This document shows, in pieces, positions 34,764 to 45,276 of a DNA stretch of 64,000 bases. The notes under the pieces are model-generated. The model was not told the origin of the DNA. It made no database searches and saw only the letters and a program-made list of their open reading frames with translations. Location of the stretch: assembly GCA_946965045.2 (NCBI GenBank), contig OX337232.1, positions 3,162,001 through 3,226,000 on the forward strand. Reading direction: 5' to 3'. Position numbers and translations under genes: made by a program. Within the stretch, counting starts at the first letter, position 1, and each line of letters begins with the position of its first letter. This DNA comes from Epithemia pelagica (Eukaryota; Protista; Bacillariophyta).

Positions 34764-36965
34764 ATGAAATCCACCAATACCAGTAAAGTTGGATTGTCGT
34801 CGTCACGATCCATGCGCAAATCCACTCGAATTCTTTTGGTCGTCCTCGGTCTGGTGGCCTTGCATTTGATACTGCAATTTCATGTGTGGACGCATCCTCA
34901 ACCCAACCAGTATTATGATCATCAGCACTCCTGGAAACAAGACTTCTTTGTCCCCTCGCATCGTCCCAAACAAGAAGAAGAAGGACAAGACAAGCTAATT
35001 TTACAGCCATCACTTGGTGCCACTCTTCTACAAGAAGGTAGTGAAGACAAGTGGCAACTCTTTGCCAACTTTTATCAACAGCAACAACAGTCCCGAGGGA
35101 AGCAACCACCGCCAAAGAAGCAGAGTGTACCGAATCAAAATCAAGAGGAATTACCCATTGTGAAACACTATTATCAACAACAAAAACAACATTCGTCATC
35201 AACAACGCGAACGACTCGAACGTCGGATGGCCATCCCGTGGCTGGCTTGTCTTGTCAAGCGCATGGTGGACCCAATGACCAGACGGGCAGTCGCAGCGAA
35301 TCTCAAGCAGTGCAAGACATGGTCTACTGGTACGATTGGCCTACCGATGCCACGTGGCATTCTCCCCATGCCCCTCCCACAGACAGTCACCAACCACAAA
35401 AGTATTTGACCTTTGAACCCGATGAAGGTGGATTCAACAATATTCGCATGGCCTTTGAAACCGCCCTCGTCATGGCCATGGGGATGGGACGTATTTTGGT
35501 GTTGCCCCCCGAAATGAACTTTTATCTCTTGACCAATTTTTCGGCGGGTGATTTTCATGCATCGTTTGGATTCAAGGACTTTTTTGACTTGTCGGCCATT
35601 GTCAAAGAGCATGAGCGGGCCGCGTCCAGTTCTCAAAAGGCTGCTGCCTTGCAAGTCATGAGTATGGAAGGGTTTTTGCAACGCGAAGCCTTGACAGGAC
35701 ACTTGGTGGACCGAACGACGGGTCAACCGTCGTTCCCACCCGGCAATCTCACACAATGGAAGGGTCGGATTCCGCCCAATTTCTTGGCCTTTTTGACAAG
35801 GGCCCACAACAACAATGGCACAGACAGTGACAATGACAATTTAGCGGCAAATACCAACGCCTCCTCCTCTTTGTGGAAGTGGTTGCGTCGTGTCACGGCC
35901 AATCCGGAATGGCAGTTGAGTAAATGTGTAGCCGTGATTCCTCGAGCACCGGGACGACAGGCCTTGGAGGAAATTCAACACGAGGTATGGGAACCGCTGG
36001 TACAAAAAGACGAAACGCGCCGGCAAAAATTGCCGGAACTTTTGCGCAATCGCACCAATTTGGTCTGGCGCAGTCGCTTTCATTTCTTTGACAAGAATCC
36101 CGCAGCCGTCAATGCTTCTGCAGTGGATCGGTTATCCCAAGTCTTGGCGCATCGCCAAGGCCTTTGTTTGTACAATGAAACCTTACAAGAGGCCCGTGTC
36201 GTTCATTTGCAAGGGGAACAAAAGGCGGGATATCGACTCTTGATTCCCTTTTATGCCGCCGTCCTGTTTCAAGAATGGCAGCACGATGTATGGATGAAAC
36301 GCTTTGTGCGAGATCATTTGCGCTACCACGATGATATTCAATGTGCAGCCGCCCGCATTGTTCATGCCGTCCGTGAAAAGGCTCGCATCGTCAATCGTCA
36401 ATTGGCAAATGCCACCCAAGGCAATAAGAAAGATGAAGAAGATGTCTCGTTTCATAGCATGCACATTCGTCGGGGCGATTTTCAATTCAAAGTGGTCCGC
36501 AACATGGAGGTGGAGGACATTGATGAAAGTAATATTCGCAAATGGTTTACACCCGGCAAGGTTGTCTACATTGCGACGGACGAACGGAACAAGACTTTTT
36601 TTGATCCTCTCCGCGAACATTACGAACTCGTCTTTTTGGACGACTTTATCGAGTTGCTGTCGGGTGTGGATTCGCATTATTATGGCATGATTGAACAATT
36701 GGTGGCCGCGCAGGGAAATGTCTTTGTGGGGTCCCTCTTTTCCACCTTTACGGGATATATTCATCGGTTGCGAGGATACCATTCCCACAAACGACAATGG
36801 CCGGGTTACGAAATGGGTGCCTTGCCCACGAGCTATTACTTTACCCCCAATCCCATGGCCCACAAACGCAAGGTCATGCATGAGTATCATGCATTGGAAC
36901 CAGCCTTTTGGCAACGAGAATTCCCCATGGCGTGGAGGGATCTAGATCATGGGCTAGTACACTAG
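34764..36965 (+). CDS. GDP-fucose O-fucosyltransferase family protein, type II membrane (733 aa)
   Basis: N-terminal signal anchor; motifs KYLTFEPDEGGFNNIRMAFET, MHIRRGDFQF, VYIATDE and IEQLVAAQGNVFVGSLFSTFTGYI. Confidence 0.88.
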   Translation: MKSTNTSKVGLSSSRSMRKSTRILLVVLGLVALHLILQFHVWTHPQPNQYYDHQHSWKQDFFVPSHRPKQEEEGQDKLILQPSLGATLLQEGSEDKWQLFANFYQQQQQSRGKQPPPKKQSVPNQNQEELPIVKHYYQQQKQHSSSTTRTTRTSDGHPVAGLSCQAHGGPNDQTGSRSESQAVQDMVYWYDWPTDATWHSPHAPPTDSHQPQKYLTFEPDEGGFNNIRMAFETALVMAMGMGRILVLPPEMNFYLLTNFSAGDFHASFGFKDFFDLSAIVKEHERAASSSQKAAALQVMSMEGFLQREALTGHLVDRTTGQPSFPPGNLTQWKGRIPPNFLAFLTRAHNNNGTDSDNDNLAANTNASSSLWKWLRRVTANPEWQLSKCVAVIPRAPGRQALEEIQHEVWEPLVQKDETRRQKLPELLRNRTNLVWRSRFHFFDKNPAAVNASAVDRLSQVLAHRQGLCLYNETLQEARVVHLQGEQKAGYRLLIPFYAAVLFQEWQHDVWMKRFVRDHLRYHDDIQCAAARIVHAVREKARIVNRQLANATQGNKKDEEDVSFHSMHIRRGDFQFKVVRNMEVEDIDESNIRKWFTPGKVVYIATDERNKTFFDPLREHYELVFLDDFIELLSGVDSHYYGMIEQLVAAQGNVFVGSLFSTFTGYIHRLRGYHSHKRQWPGYEMGALPTSYYFTPNPMAHKRKVMHEYHALEPAFWQREFPMAWRDLDHGLVH

Positions 36966-37541
36966 CATATACTGGAGAAACGAGGATCTCCTTGTTCTTC
37001 TCCTAGGAAGGAGTCTGAAATACACCACAAACAGTCGATGGCCACACCAAGAGTGGAAGAATCCAGAATGCCCTCGCGGCCCGTCAATGTGTCTGTCTGT
37101 GTGCCTCCTAGGGTACTAACGCATACAGGGAGAGGGGAGAGGGTCGTTCTTTCCTCCTCCTCCGCCATTGACCCGTGTTTTGCGGCAAGAACCCTTTGAT
37201 ATTTGTGTGTGAGTGTGGGTGTTCCTCTGTATCGGTTCCCGCAGAAACCAGAATCCGCGCAACGACTCGTGTGTGTTTCGGTTCTCCAAACTGCATCAAT
37301 GCTCTACAACACAACACGGTTGGATCGGAGAAGGAAACGAGTGTGGGAACCGCAGTGTTATTTGTTCCATGTGTGGTGTTGGGGCTCTAGGAGTATTGGA
37401 GGGAGACGAAAATGGTTGACGAGAATGGTTCCAGGAGGTAGAAACAGGTCGCTTTCTCCTTCTCGTCCAACACTGCGCCTCCTCCATTGGTGGGCAAAAC
37501 AGCTTGGACATGTATCTGTGTGTGTTCATTGGTATATAGGA

Positions 37542-37628
37542 AGTAGAATTCATAAAAGGATTGAATTTCTAGATATAGAGTGTATTCATCGGAATAGGTA
37601 GTAGAATTCAAAAGGATTGAATTTCTAG
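37542..37628. repeat. ~30-bp intergenic direct duplication, each copy internally palindromic
   Basis: agtagaattca(ta)aaaggattgaatttctag at 37542-37572 and 37600-37628. Confidence 0.8.
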
Positions 37629-38135
37629 TAGCAGTTCCTCCTTCTTTCCGAATTGTTGTGTGATCCAAAATTGTGAGGACACCCTTGCTCCACATCATCA
37701 TCATCATCGCTACACACACATAGACACGATAGCATCGGCATTCGGAACTTGCTTGCACGCCGGAACGCGCTCCAACGAATCTTTTGAGAGGTAGGTAGTC
37801 TACACTATAGAGTCTACTTGCAATGTGCAATCTTCTCACGGCAATGAGAATGATACAGCCTTGGATGTCATTTTCCGTTGTGGGAGGTTTCCCCCATCAT
37901 TCGTCGTAAATTGCTTAGAGGAGCCTTGGGAGGCTCCCTGTTCCAGATTGCGAACCGAGCAGACTTGGGGGTTGTAGTGCAAGGGATCGTACAAGTCCAA
38001 TGTCGTTCCGGATGGAAACACGAAAGCGAACGGCAAGATCTATAAAATATAAATTGTGTGCAATTCTTGCCACAACCTCAGTCTCATTTTTCTTACTTCC
38101 TACTTTACAAAATCTCGGATACACTCTCACACACC

Positions 38136-39764
38136 ATGAAACACTCCAGTGCTATACTATTCGTCTGGACCGTATTGCTCCAGCACACCAGGAGCACCAC
38201 CATGGCGCTCCCCTCGTCACAACAACGACAACGACAAGACTCGGAGACTACCTTCCACCGCGGAGCCCGAGCAGCACAGTATGAGAAACGCCGTCGTCGT
38301 CGTGTCATGGTCTTTCTTCCGTCGGAACCCAACACGCCCGCTCCGACCGTGGCACTCACCACCAGTCCTCCCACACTCAGTTTCGCGCCCTCGGACGAGC
38401 CCAGTGTGTCACCGTCATTGTCGCCCAGTGCCCTTCCCTCTCCTCAACCCTCTGTGTCGGTCCTTCCCACACGTACTCTGAATCCTTCGGCGACACCCTC
38501 GAATCGTCCTACTCCAAGTCCCTCGGCGTCTCCCACTACGGCCGCACCAACGAACGAACCAACCGCCGAACCCACGGGGGCCGTCCTCGAGACCAACACC
38601 GCTGCCGCCAATGCCTTGGAGTTTACCGAAGCCCAGTTTGCCCAGGGCTTCATCCATACCTGCCAACACACCATCCCCTCCCAGTATGACGACTACGTCA
38701 TTGTCCAGGTGCCCTACACGTACACGCTGCTCTTGCCCGAAACCTCCAATGTCCCCGAAGCACTCTTGGAAGGCGAACGGCAAATTGGACAGGGCGTGGC
38801 CGAGATTCTCTGTGCCGCCAACACGAGCTTGCCCGACAGTCCCCTTGTGCTGGAAAAACTCAATTCCTGGAAGCCCGATGCCCTGTCGTCGGACGACCGA
38901 GTCACGTGTCAGTCGCAAACGGCCAATACGCAATGCCACGTCGTGACGGGCACATTCGAGGCCTGCTTGTTTGTCAAGGATACCACGACGCAACTGGAAA
39001 TCGACTCGGAATTTCAAACCGTTTTGGGCCGTGTCTTGCCCAGTGTCGTGCAAACCATGACCACCTACCAAACCGTCGCCGGGCCCGAACCAGACTCGGA
39101 CAATGACGACGACGACATGGAGTCGCTCACCCTGCTCGCGGCGCTCTTGGGAGGCGTGGCCCTCTGTTGCCTCGCCTCGGTGATTTGCGTGTTTGTGTGC
39201 ACGCGTCAGCGACAACGACAACGTCGTCAAACCCACAATGCCCTCGATGCGGCCAAACTGCCCGTCAAACCCCCCAAGGTGGAAGAGGATCCGGCACAAG
39301 ACGATGCCTACGACGATGAAGATCCCGACAAGACGCATAGTTTTGAAGAGGACGATGACTTTGCCAAGTGGTCACCCCCCAGCAAATCCGATCGCGGCGA
39401 TGAAGATCGCATTCTCGGAGCCGTCAAACGATCCGACTCTGTGGCCAATACCTCCATGGATTCTTGTTATTTGGATCAGACCAATAATCCGAACAACAAT
39501 ACCAACACGGAAAAGTCCACCAGTGCCGAGGCTGTCGTCATTGACGATAGCATGTCGGATGGCGGTGAAACCTTGGCGTGGTTGGGCGTCGATGTCTTGA
39601 ACGAAGGCAAAGCACTCACCCTCGAGCCGTCTCCGGTGCGTCGTCGGCGTGAGAGTACGGACCAGGACGAAACCACGGCACGTTCCTCGTCGCACGAGCT
39701 GTGTGGACAAGATTACGAATTGTCCGATGCCGAAGGCAGTGTCTATTCGACCGTCGGCCCCTAA
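38136..39764 (+). CDS. Mucin-like type I membrane protein, paralog A
   Basis: Signal peptide, P/S/T stalk, 4-Cys domain (VPYTYTL...EGERQIGQGVAEILC), TM (LLAALLGGVALCCLASVICVFVC) and acidic tail. Confidence 0.8.
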   Translation: MKHSSAILFVWTVLLQHTRSTTMALPSSQQRQRQDSETTFHRGARAAQYEKRRRRRVMVFLPSEPNTPAPTVALTTSPPTLSFAPSDEPSVSPSLSPSALPSPQPSVSVLPTRTLNPSATPSNRPTPSPSASPTTAAPTNEPTAEPTGAVLETNTAAANALEFTEAQFAQGFIHTCQHTIPSQYDDYVIVQVPYTYTLLLPETSNVPEALLEGERQIGQGVAEILCAANTSLPDSPLVLEKLNSWKPDALSSDDRVTCQSQTANTQCHVVTGTFEACLFVKDTTTQLEIDSEFQTVLGRVLPSVVQTMTTYQTVAGPEPDSDNDDDDMESLTLLAALLGGVALCCLASVICVFVCTRQRQRQRRQTHNALDAAKLPVKPPKVEEDPAQDDAYDDEDPDKTHSFEEDDDFAKWSPPSKSDRGDEDRILGAVKRSDSVANTSMDSCYLDQTNNPNNNTNTEKSTSAEAVVIDDSMSDGGETLAWLGVDVLNEGKALTLEPSPVRRRRESTDQDETTARSSSHELCGQDYELSDAEGSVYSTVGP

Positions 39765-40749
39765 TAGAATCCAGATCCAAAACACACCCGCGCTCGTCCC
39801 GTAACGTGTTCCCCATTTGTACTTTAGTTTCTCTCTCTTTGAATTTCGTGAACTGCATTCTCTAGCTAGATAGATCACGCGGGAAGGGAACCGTTGAATC
39901 GTAGATAGTCCTAGGAGAAATCTGAGTCCAAGTTGATTTCGTGGAAACATTCGTTGGTAGCACAAAGACTGCAGATATTATATTCTAGGATGAAACCGTT
40001 TTCTTTCATGTGCTTTGTCTCTTTTACTGGCAGGGCGCCATGGTCGTCACAGTCCCAAGTCCTCTCTCTGGAGCAGCTATGGAGTTGCTTTTGGCGGGTA
40101 GGTAATAGGTAGGCATAGTTTGGGGGTCCAGATTCCGGATCGAGCCTGCCGCGCCAATCCCTGCCGCGCCAATCCCCCGTATTGTAGTTGATACTCGTAC
40201 AGGTGATATTTTTATACATACTCGTACTCGTACTCGTACTCGTAAGTGATTTATAAACGATCCGTTGAAAATCCAATGGGACGACTTTGCCTACAGTCAA
40301 GTTTTCCGTTGAATGCCCAATCCGTTCGATTCGGGGGATTCGTGATTCGTGCTTGCAATGGACGCTCTATGACTGAATGCACACAATACACAAACTTATA
40401 TGCGAGATACGCGGCGGGCTTGGCCGTCACACCAATACACCACAAAGAATGAGAGCATTGCAGGAATCAAGGATGATGCCGAGTACAAGAGAAAACGAAC
40501 GAGGACCGATGATCAAGCATCATTTTCCGTGCGTGGCGCCTCTTCTCACGAACCAATATACCTACTTTTGAGGAAAAAGGCGCAAACCACAAAAACACAA
40601 GATTACCATCCACACAAGATTGCCTCTCTCTTCTTCTGTTGCCACATTGGTGTACATTTTTCCATTGGGCATCAAAATCCCTTGGTATAGAGCAGCACAG
40701 TCATTCTGCAAACCAGCTAGAAGCACAACGACATCGATTCATTCCTACC

Positions 40750-42690
40750 ATGTGGATTCTGCCTTGTCTCTCCATGATGCTGGCCATGATTTCGGCCCAA
40801 ACAACAGCGCAAGCAACGGTTCAAACAACAACCACGTCTCTTCGTCGTGCCTCTCCGGCAAGCGCCAATCATCGTCGTCTCGACGACACGGCTGCCACTT
40901 CCCCGCCCACTACGGCTCCGACGGCTGCCCCCGTTGCTGCAACAACGACGGAAGCACCGTCCTCGCGACCGTCCCCCGTACCCTCCCTTCCGGCCACACC
41001 TGTCCCGACTCTCGCACCCTCGGCGACACCGTCAGCAGCACCATCGGTCGCGCCCGTTCCCGTGACACCAGCTCCGACGACGGCTGCTCCCACACCAGCT
41101 CCGACGACGGCTGCTCCCACACCAGCCCCCACCACACCGGCTCCCACACCAGCTCCGACACCCGCTCCTACGACAGTCGCTCCCACACCGGCTCCGACAC
41201 CGGCTCCGACACCAGCTCCGACACCAGCTCCGACCCCCGTGCCCACCACCCCGAGTCCGACGGCTGCTCCGACACCGGCTCCGACACCAGCTCGGACCCC
41301 CGTGCCCACCACCCCGAGTCCGACGGCTGCTCCGACTCCGGCTCCCACTCCGGCACCGACCCCGGCTCCCACCCCCGCTCCGACGGTGACACCCAGCGCG
41401 TCGCCATCGGCCGCTCCCAGTGCCACTCCCTCAGCGGCACCCTCGGCCCGGCCATCGGTGCAACCGTCCCAGTCGTCGGAACCCTCGGCCGCTCCCTCCA
41501 CCCACCCCAGTGCCGCGCCCACCACCGCCCCGTCCACCACCCCGTCGGCGGTGCCGTCGTGGCAACCCTCGGTCTCCTTCCAACCCACAGTGTCAAATGT
41601 CCCGAGTTTGGATCCCAATTCCTATGATGAAGAAATCATTTCTGCCGCGGGCGAAGCAATTCGAACGATTCAAAAGTGTCGTCGCGTCAATCCGGGCGGG
41701 TTTCCGGTGGAAACCATTGTATGGAACTATACGTACCAAATGACGCTCAAGAAAAACACCAACGTGTCGTTGGCCGTCCTCGAGGGCGAAAAGTTGGTGG
41801 GAACCAAGTTGGCGACCTCCATGTGTGATGTGGACGGTGAAAATCGGTTTTATCTGCACACGTTGGATTCCGTGCCGACCGATACCGTTCAAGCCGAATG
41901 TGCAACGACCGAAACCGATTATCGGTGCCATGTCGTGCAAGGCTACGCGACCTCGACTGTCTTTGTCGATCCGACCTCCAATGTGACGCTCGAAGAAATC
42001 AAGCATCGTTTTGGATTTCTCTTTAACGCCAGCAGAGCAGACATTATCGCAGAATTGAAACAATTGGATACCTTGTCCTCACTCTTTGCCACCTTGGGAG
42101 ACGGCAATGGTGGTGGTGTGTTGATTCAAGACGAGGGGACTCAAGATACAGTCGCGGCCACGAGTGCCATTGTCGGAGGAGCCGCCGGTTTGATGCTCTT
42201 GTCGGGACTCGTCTTTTTGGCTGTCCGACGACGCGCCATGCGACGACAATTGGGTATGCATCGATTGGAAGATGATGGACAGGACAGTCGGGCCGATGCC
42301 GAAGCGGGCGATGCCCCCCAAACAAAAGAAGCCAACAAGGAGGAAAATGACGATGACGACGAAAGTCGCATGTCCAAGGATCAAATGGCCACCATGTCCA
42401 TTGCGGGTGATTCCTTTTACACCAAGGGAGGAAGGGGCATTGACACGATTACCGAAGAAGAGGATCACGAAGAACAAATGTCTGTTTCGGATAACATGTC
42501 GTGGTTGGGCGTCGAAGTCATGGCGGGCGATGGAGAATTTAGTTTGGCCTCCTATTCGGAACGATCGACGGCTACCAGTGTAACGGATGGAGAACGGTCC
42601 GTTTCCAAGTCGCCTCACAGAGGAGGACGGGTGCGAGAAATTATTACACGCAAGGCGAGTATGGGAAGTTTGTTGCGGGGATGGCAATGA
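40750..42690 (+). CDS. Mucin-like type I membrane protein, paralog B (long APT/PTP repeat stalk)
   Basis: Signal peptide, tandem APTP/AAPT repeats ~41070-41400, 4-Cys domain (WNYTYQM...EGEKLVGTKLATSMC), TM (AIVGGAAGLMLLSGLVFLAV) and acidic tail. Confidence 0.82.
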   Translation: MWILPCLSMMLAMISAQTTAQATVQTTTTSLRRASPASANHRRLDDTAATSPPTTAPTAAPVAATTTEAPSSRPSPVPSLPATPVPTLAPSATPSAAPSVAPVPVTPAPTTAAPTPAPTTAAPTPAPTTPAPTPAPTPAPTTVAPTPAPTPAPTPAPTPAPTPVPTTPSPTAAPTPAPTPARTPVPTTPSPTAAPTPAPTPAPTPAPTPAPTVTPSASPSAAPSATPSAAPSARPSVQPSQSSEPSAAPSTHPSAAPTTAPSTTPSAVPSWQPSVSFQPTVSNVPSLDPNSYDEEIISAAGEAIRTIQKCRRVNPGGFPVETIVWNYTYQMTLKKNTNVSLAVLEGEKLVGTKLATSMCDVDGENRFYLHTLDSVPTDTVQAECATTETDYRCHVVQGYATSTVFVDPTSNVTLEEIKHRFGFLFNASRADIIAELKQLDTLSSLFATLGDGNGGGVLIQDEGTQDTVAATSAIVGGAAGLMLLSGLVFLAVRRRAMRRQLGMHRLEDDGQDSRADAEAGDAPQTKEANKEENDDDDESRMSKDQMATMSIAGDSFYTKGGRGIDTITEEEDHEEQMSVSDNMSWLGVEVMAGDGEFSLASYSERSTATSVTDGERSVSKSPHRGGRVREIITRKASMGSLLRGWQ

Positions 42691-43074
42691 GCTCGTAGAG
42701 AGAGACGAGGAACGAACGAACCATAAGAGCATAAGCCAAATTGTGGACAAACGACCGTTTCCAACAACGCAACACACCCACGAATGCTTGCTTCGAGGGA
42801 TTTGTTCCCCGTGCGGCAACAGAACCAGGATACTGAAAATGATCAAAGATGCATGGGCCGAGATTCCGTCCCGCGTTTTGTTTTGATATTGTGCTGTCCA
42901 AGTTGGTGTTTCAAATATCACCTGTTTTGAGGTATTGTAATTGTACTTATAATAGTAGAAATCAAGCACAAATGAACAATGCGTTCCATTCTATTCTGTG
43001 AGACTACTCAAGGGCATGTCCTTCACATCACAGTTGTCGTGAATATCCTGGTAGATCGTCCATACACTTGAGCA

Positions 43075-45276
43075 TTACGATTCTTGAACCGTTCTGGACG
43101 CGGTGAAGGAATGATCCAAATCTCTCCAGGCTACCGGAAATTCTCGTTGCCAAAAGGCGGGTTCGACGGCTTGATACCGATGCATGGCTTGGCGTTTCGC
43201 GGCCAGGGCACCATTGGGAGCATAGTAATAACTGTTTCGTACAATGCCCGTTTCGTAGCCGGGCCACTGGTGTTTTTGGGAATGGTATCCTCGCATTCGA
43301 TGAATATAGCCCGAAAAGGTGGAAAAGACGGCACCCACAAACACGTCTCCCATGGAAGCCACCACTTGTTCAATCATGCCATAATAATGAGAATCCACAC
43401 CGGACAGCAACTCCATAAAGTCATCCAAAAAGACCAATTGGTAATGTTCGCGGAGAGGATCAAAAAAGGTTTTATTCTTTTCATCCGTGGCAATGTACAC
43501 AAGTTTACCAGGCGTGAACCAGTTGCGGACATTGTCTTGATAAATCTCTTGAGCTGTCATATCCCGAAGGAGTTTGAATTGAAAATCACCACGACGAATG
43601 TGCATGGTATGAAAGGAATCGTCGTCATCCTCTTCCTTTTGGTTGTCGACACTACCATTTGTGCTCGATGTATGATTTGTTGTCGATGCGAGTCGTGGAT
43701 TGATTCGACGGGCCTTTTCTCGCAAGGCATGCACAATGCGAGCTGCCGCGCATTGAATGTCATCGTGATATCGCAAATGATCTCGAACAAAGCGTTTCAT
43801 CCACAAATCTTGTTGCCAATCTTGAAAAAATACATAGGCATAAAAATGCACCAAAATGCGATGGGCAGCATTTTCTCCTTGCAAATGAAGCACTGAAGCG
43901 GTTTGCAAGGTTTCATTGTACAGACAGAGTGTGGGACGGTGTGCCAAGAGTTCGGCCAACCGGTCCTTGGCCGACGCATTGACTGCCGTGGGATGGTTGA
44001 GAAACGACCGCCATCGATCTCTCCACACGACTTGTGGATTTGTCTGCAATTGTTTCGTCGAAAAGTGGGCCGCCCGGCGATGATCGTCCTGCATCACGGC
44101 CTGTTTGGTTTGTTGCAGTGTTTGTAGGGCAGCGGATCCGGGTTGACCCGGAATGGCCACCACACAACGATTCAAATCCCAATCCTCGGGACTATGCGTC
44201 ACTTGACGCATCCAATTCCATAGCGACAAGGTACTTCCCGCCTTGTGTTGAGCTTGATAAAAGGTGGCATGATTGGCTGGAAGTTTGCCATTCCAATGAG
44301 TAATATTGTGGGGTGGAAAGGCGGGTTGACCTGTTCGTCGATCCACCAAGTAACCGCCTTGGTGTTGCAAAAATTCGTCAAACGTAATGATTTTCAGCGC
44401 GGACGGTCGAGAGGCATTCTTGTTGGGCGCATGTTCTTGCACAATGGCAGGCAAGTCAAAAAAGTCCGCAAAGCCAAACGTGTTTTTACGGGTACTCTTG
44501 GCATTGGGTTTCTGCGAAACCGGCGACCCCAAGAGATAAAAGTTCATTTCGGGGGGCAAGACCAAGGTGCGTCCCGTACCAATGGCCAACACTACGGCCG
44601 TCTCAAAGGCCATGCGAATATTGTTGAATCCACCCTCGTCCGGTTCAAATGTCAAGTATTTCTTTTGGTGGTTGCTGTGATTGGATGCTGCTGGTGCATG
44701 TGGCGAATACCACATGGCATCTGTAGGCCAGTCGGACCAATAGACCATGTCTTGCACCACTTGCGATTCGCTGCGACTGCCCATCTTGTCATTCGGTCCT
44801 CCATGGGCCTGACAGGATAAACCGGCTACCGGATGACCATCGGAAGGACGTGCCGTCGAACTTTGCGGTGGTTCTGGCTTTACTGGAAATTGTTGTCGTT
44901 GTTGTTGCTTTTTCAGTCTTTGTTGGTGTTGTTGCCTGGAATCGTTGATTGAATGTGTCGCCACAGCAGAGTTTGTTTGATTCCGATTGGCCGAATGCTT
45001 GGATTCATGGTGCAGTTGGCCTTGCTTGCGAATGAAATTATGTGTACCGAGGTCGGATTCACGTTTGGCCTTCCACTTGTCCTGAAACACTGCGGCATTT
45101 TGTCGAGAAATCAGTGCAGGATCCTCACTGGTGGCCGGCGTTCTCCAGTAATTGACGCTCACCACCAACAACATGGCTGTTGCCAAGGCATTTCGAGCCG
45201 TGATTTTGGATCTCCAATCATTAGTATTACAATTATTTCTCCTGAGTGTGTTTTGTTTTCTGGTTGGTCTCCCCAT
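43075..45276 (-). CDS. GDP-fucose O-fucosyltransferase family protein, paralog 2 (733 aa)
   Basis: Same motifs as 34764-36965 (KYLTFEPDEGGFNNIRMAFET, MHIRRGDFQF, VYIATDE), plus the shared DGHPVAGLSCQAHGGPND block. Confidence 0.88.
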   Translation of the reverse strand: MGRPTRKQNTLRRNNCNTNDWRSKITARNALATAMLLVVSVNYWRTPATSEDPALISRQNAAVFQDKWKAKRESDLGTHNFIRKQGQLHHESKHSANRNQTNSAVATHSINDSRQQHQQRLKKQQQRQQFPVKPEPPQSSTARPSDGHPVAGLSCQAHGGPNDKMGSRSESQVVQDMVYWSDWPTDAMWYSPHAPAASNHSNHQKKYLTFEPDEGGFNNIRMAFETAVVLAIGTGRTLVLPPEMNFYLLGSPVSQKPNAKSTRKNTFGFADFFDLPAIVQEHAPNKNASRPSALKIITFDEFLQHQGGYLVDRRTGQPAFPPHNITHWNGKLPANHATFYQAQHKAGSTLSLWNWMRQVTHSPEDWDLNRCVVAIPGQPGSAALQTLQQTKQAVMQDDHRRAAHFSTKQLQTNPQVVWRDRWRSFLNHPTAVNASAKDRLAELLAHRPTLCLYNETLQTASVLHLQGENAAHRILVHFYAYVFFQDWQQDLWMKRFVRDHLRYHDDIQCAAARIVHALREKARRINPRLASTTNHTSSTNGSVDNQKEEDDDDSFHTMHIRRGDFQFKLLRDMTAQEIYQDNVRNWFTPGKLVYIATDEKNKTFFDPLREHYQLVFLDDFMELLSGVDSHYYGMIEQVVASMGDVFVGAVFSTFSGYIHRMRGYHSQKHQWPGYETGIVRNSYYYAPNGALAAKRQAMHRYQAVEPAFWQREFPVAWRDLDHSFTASRTVQES

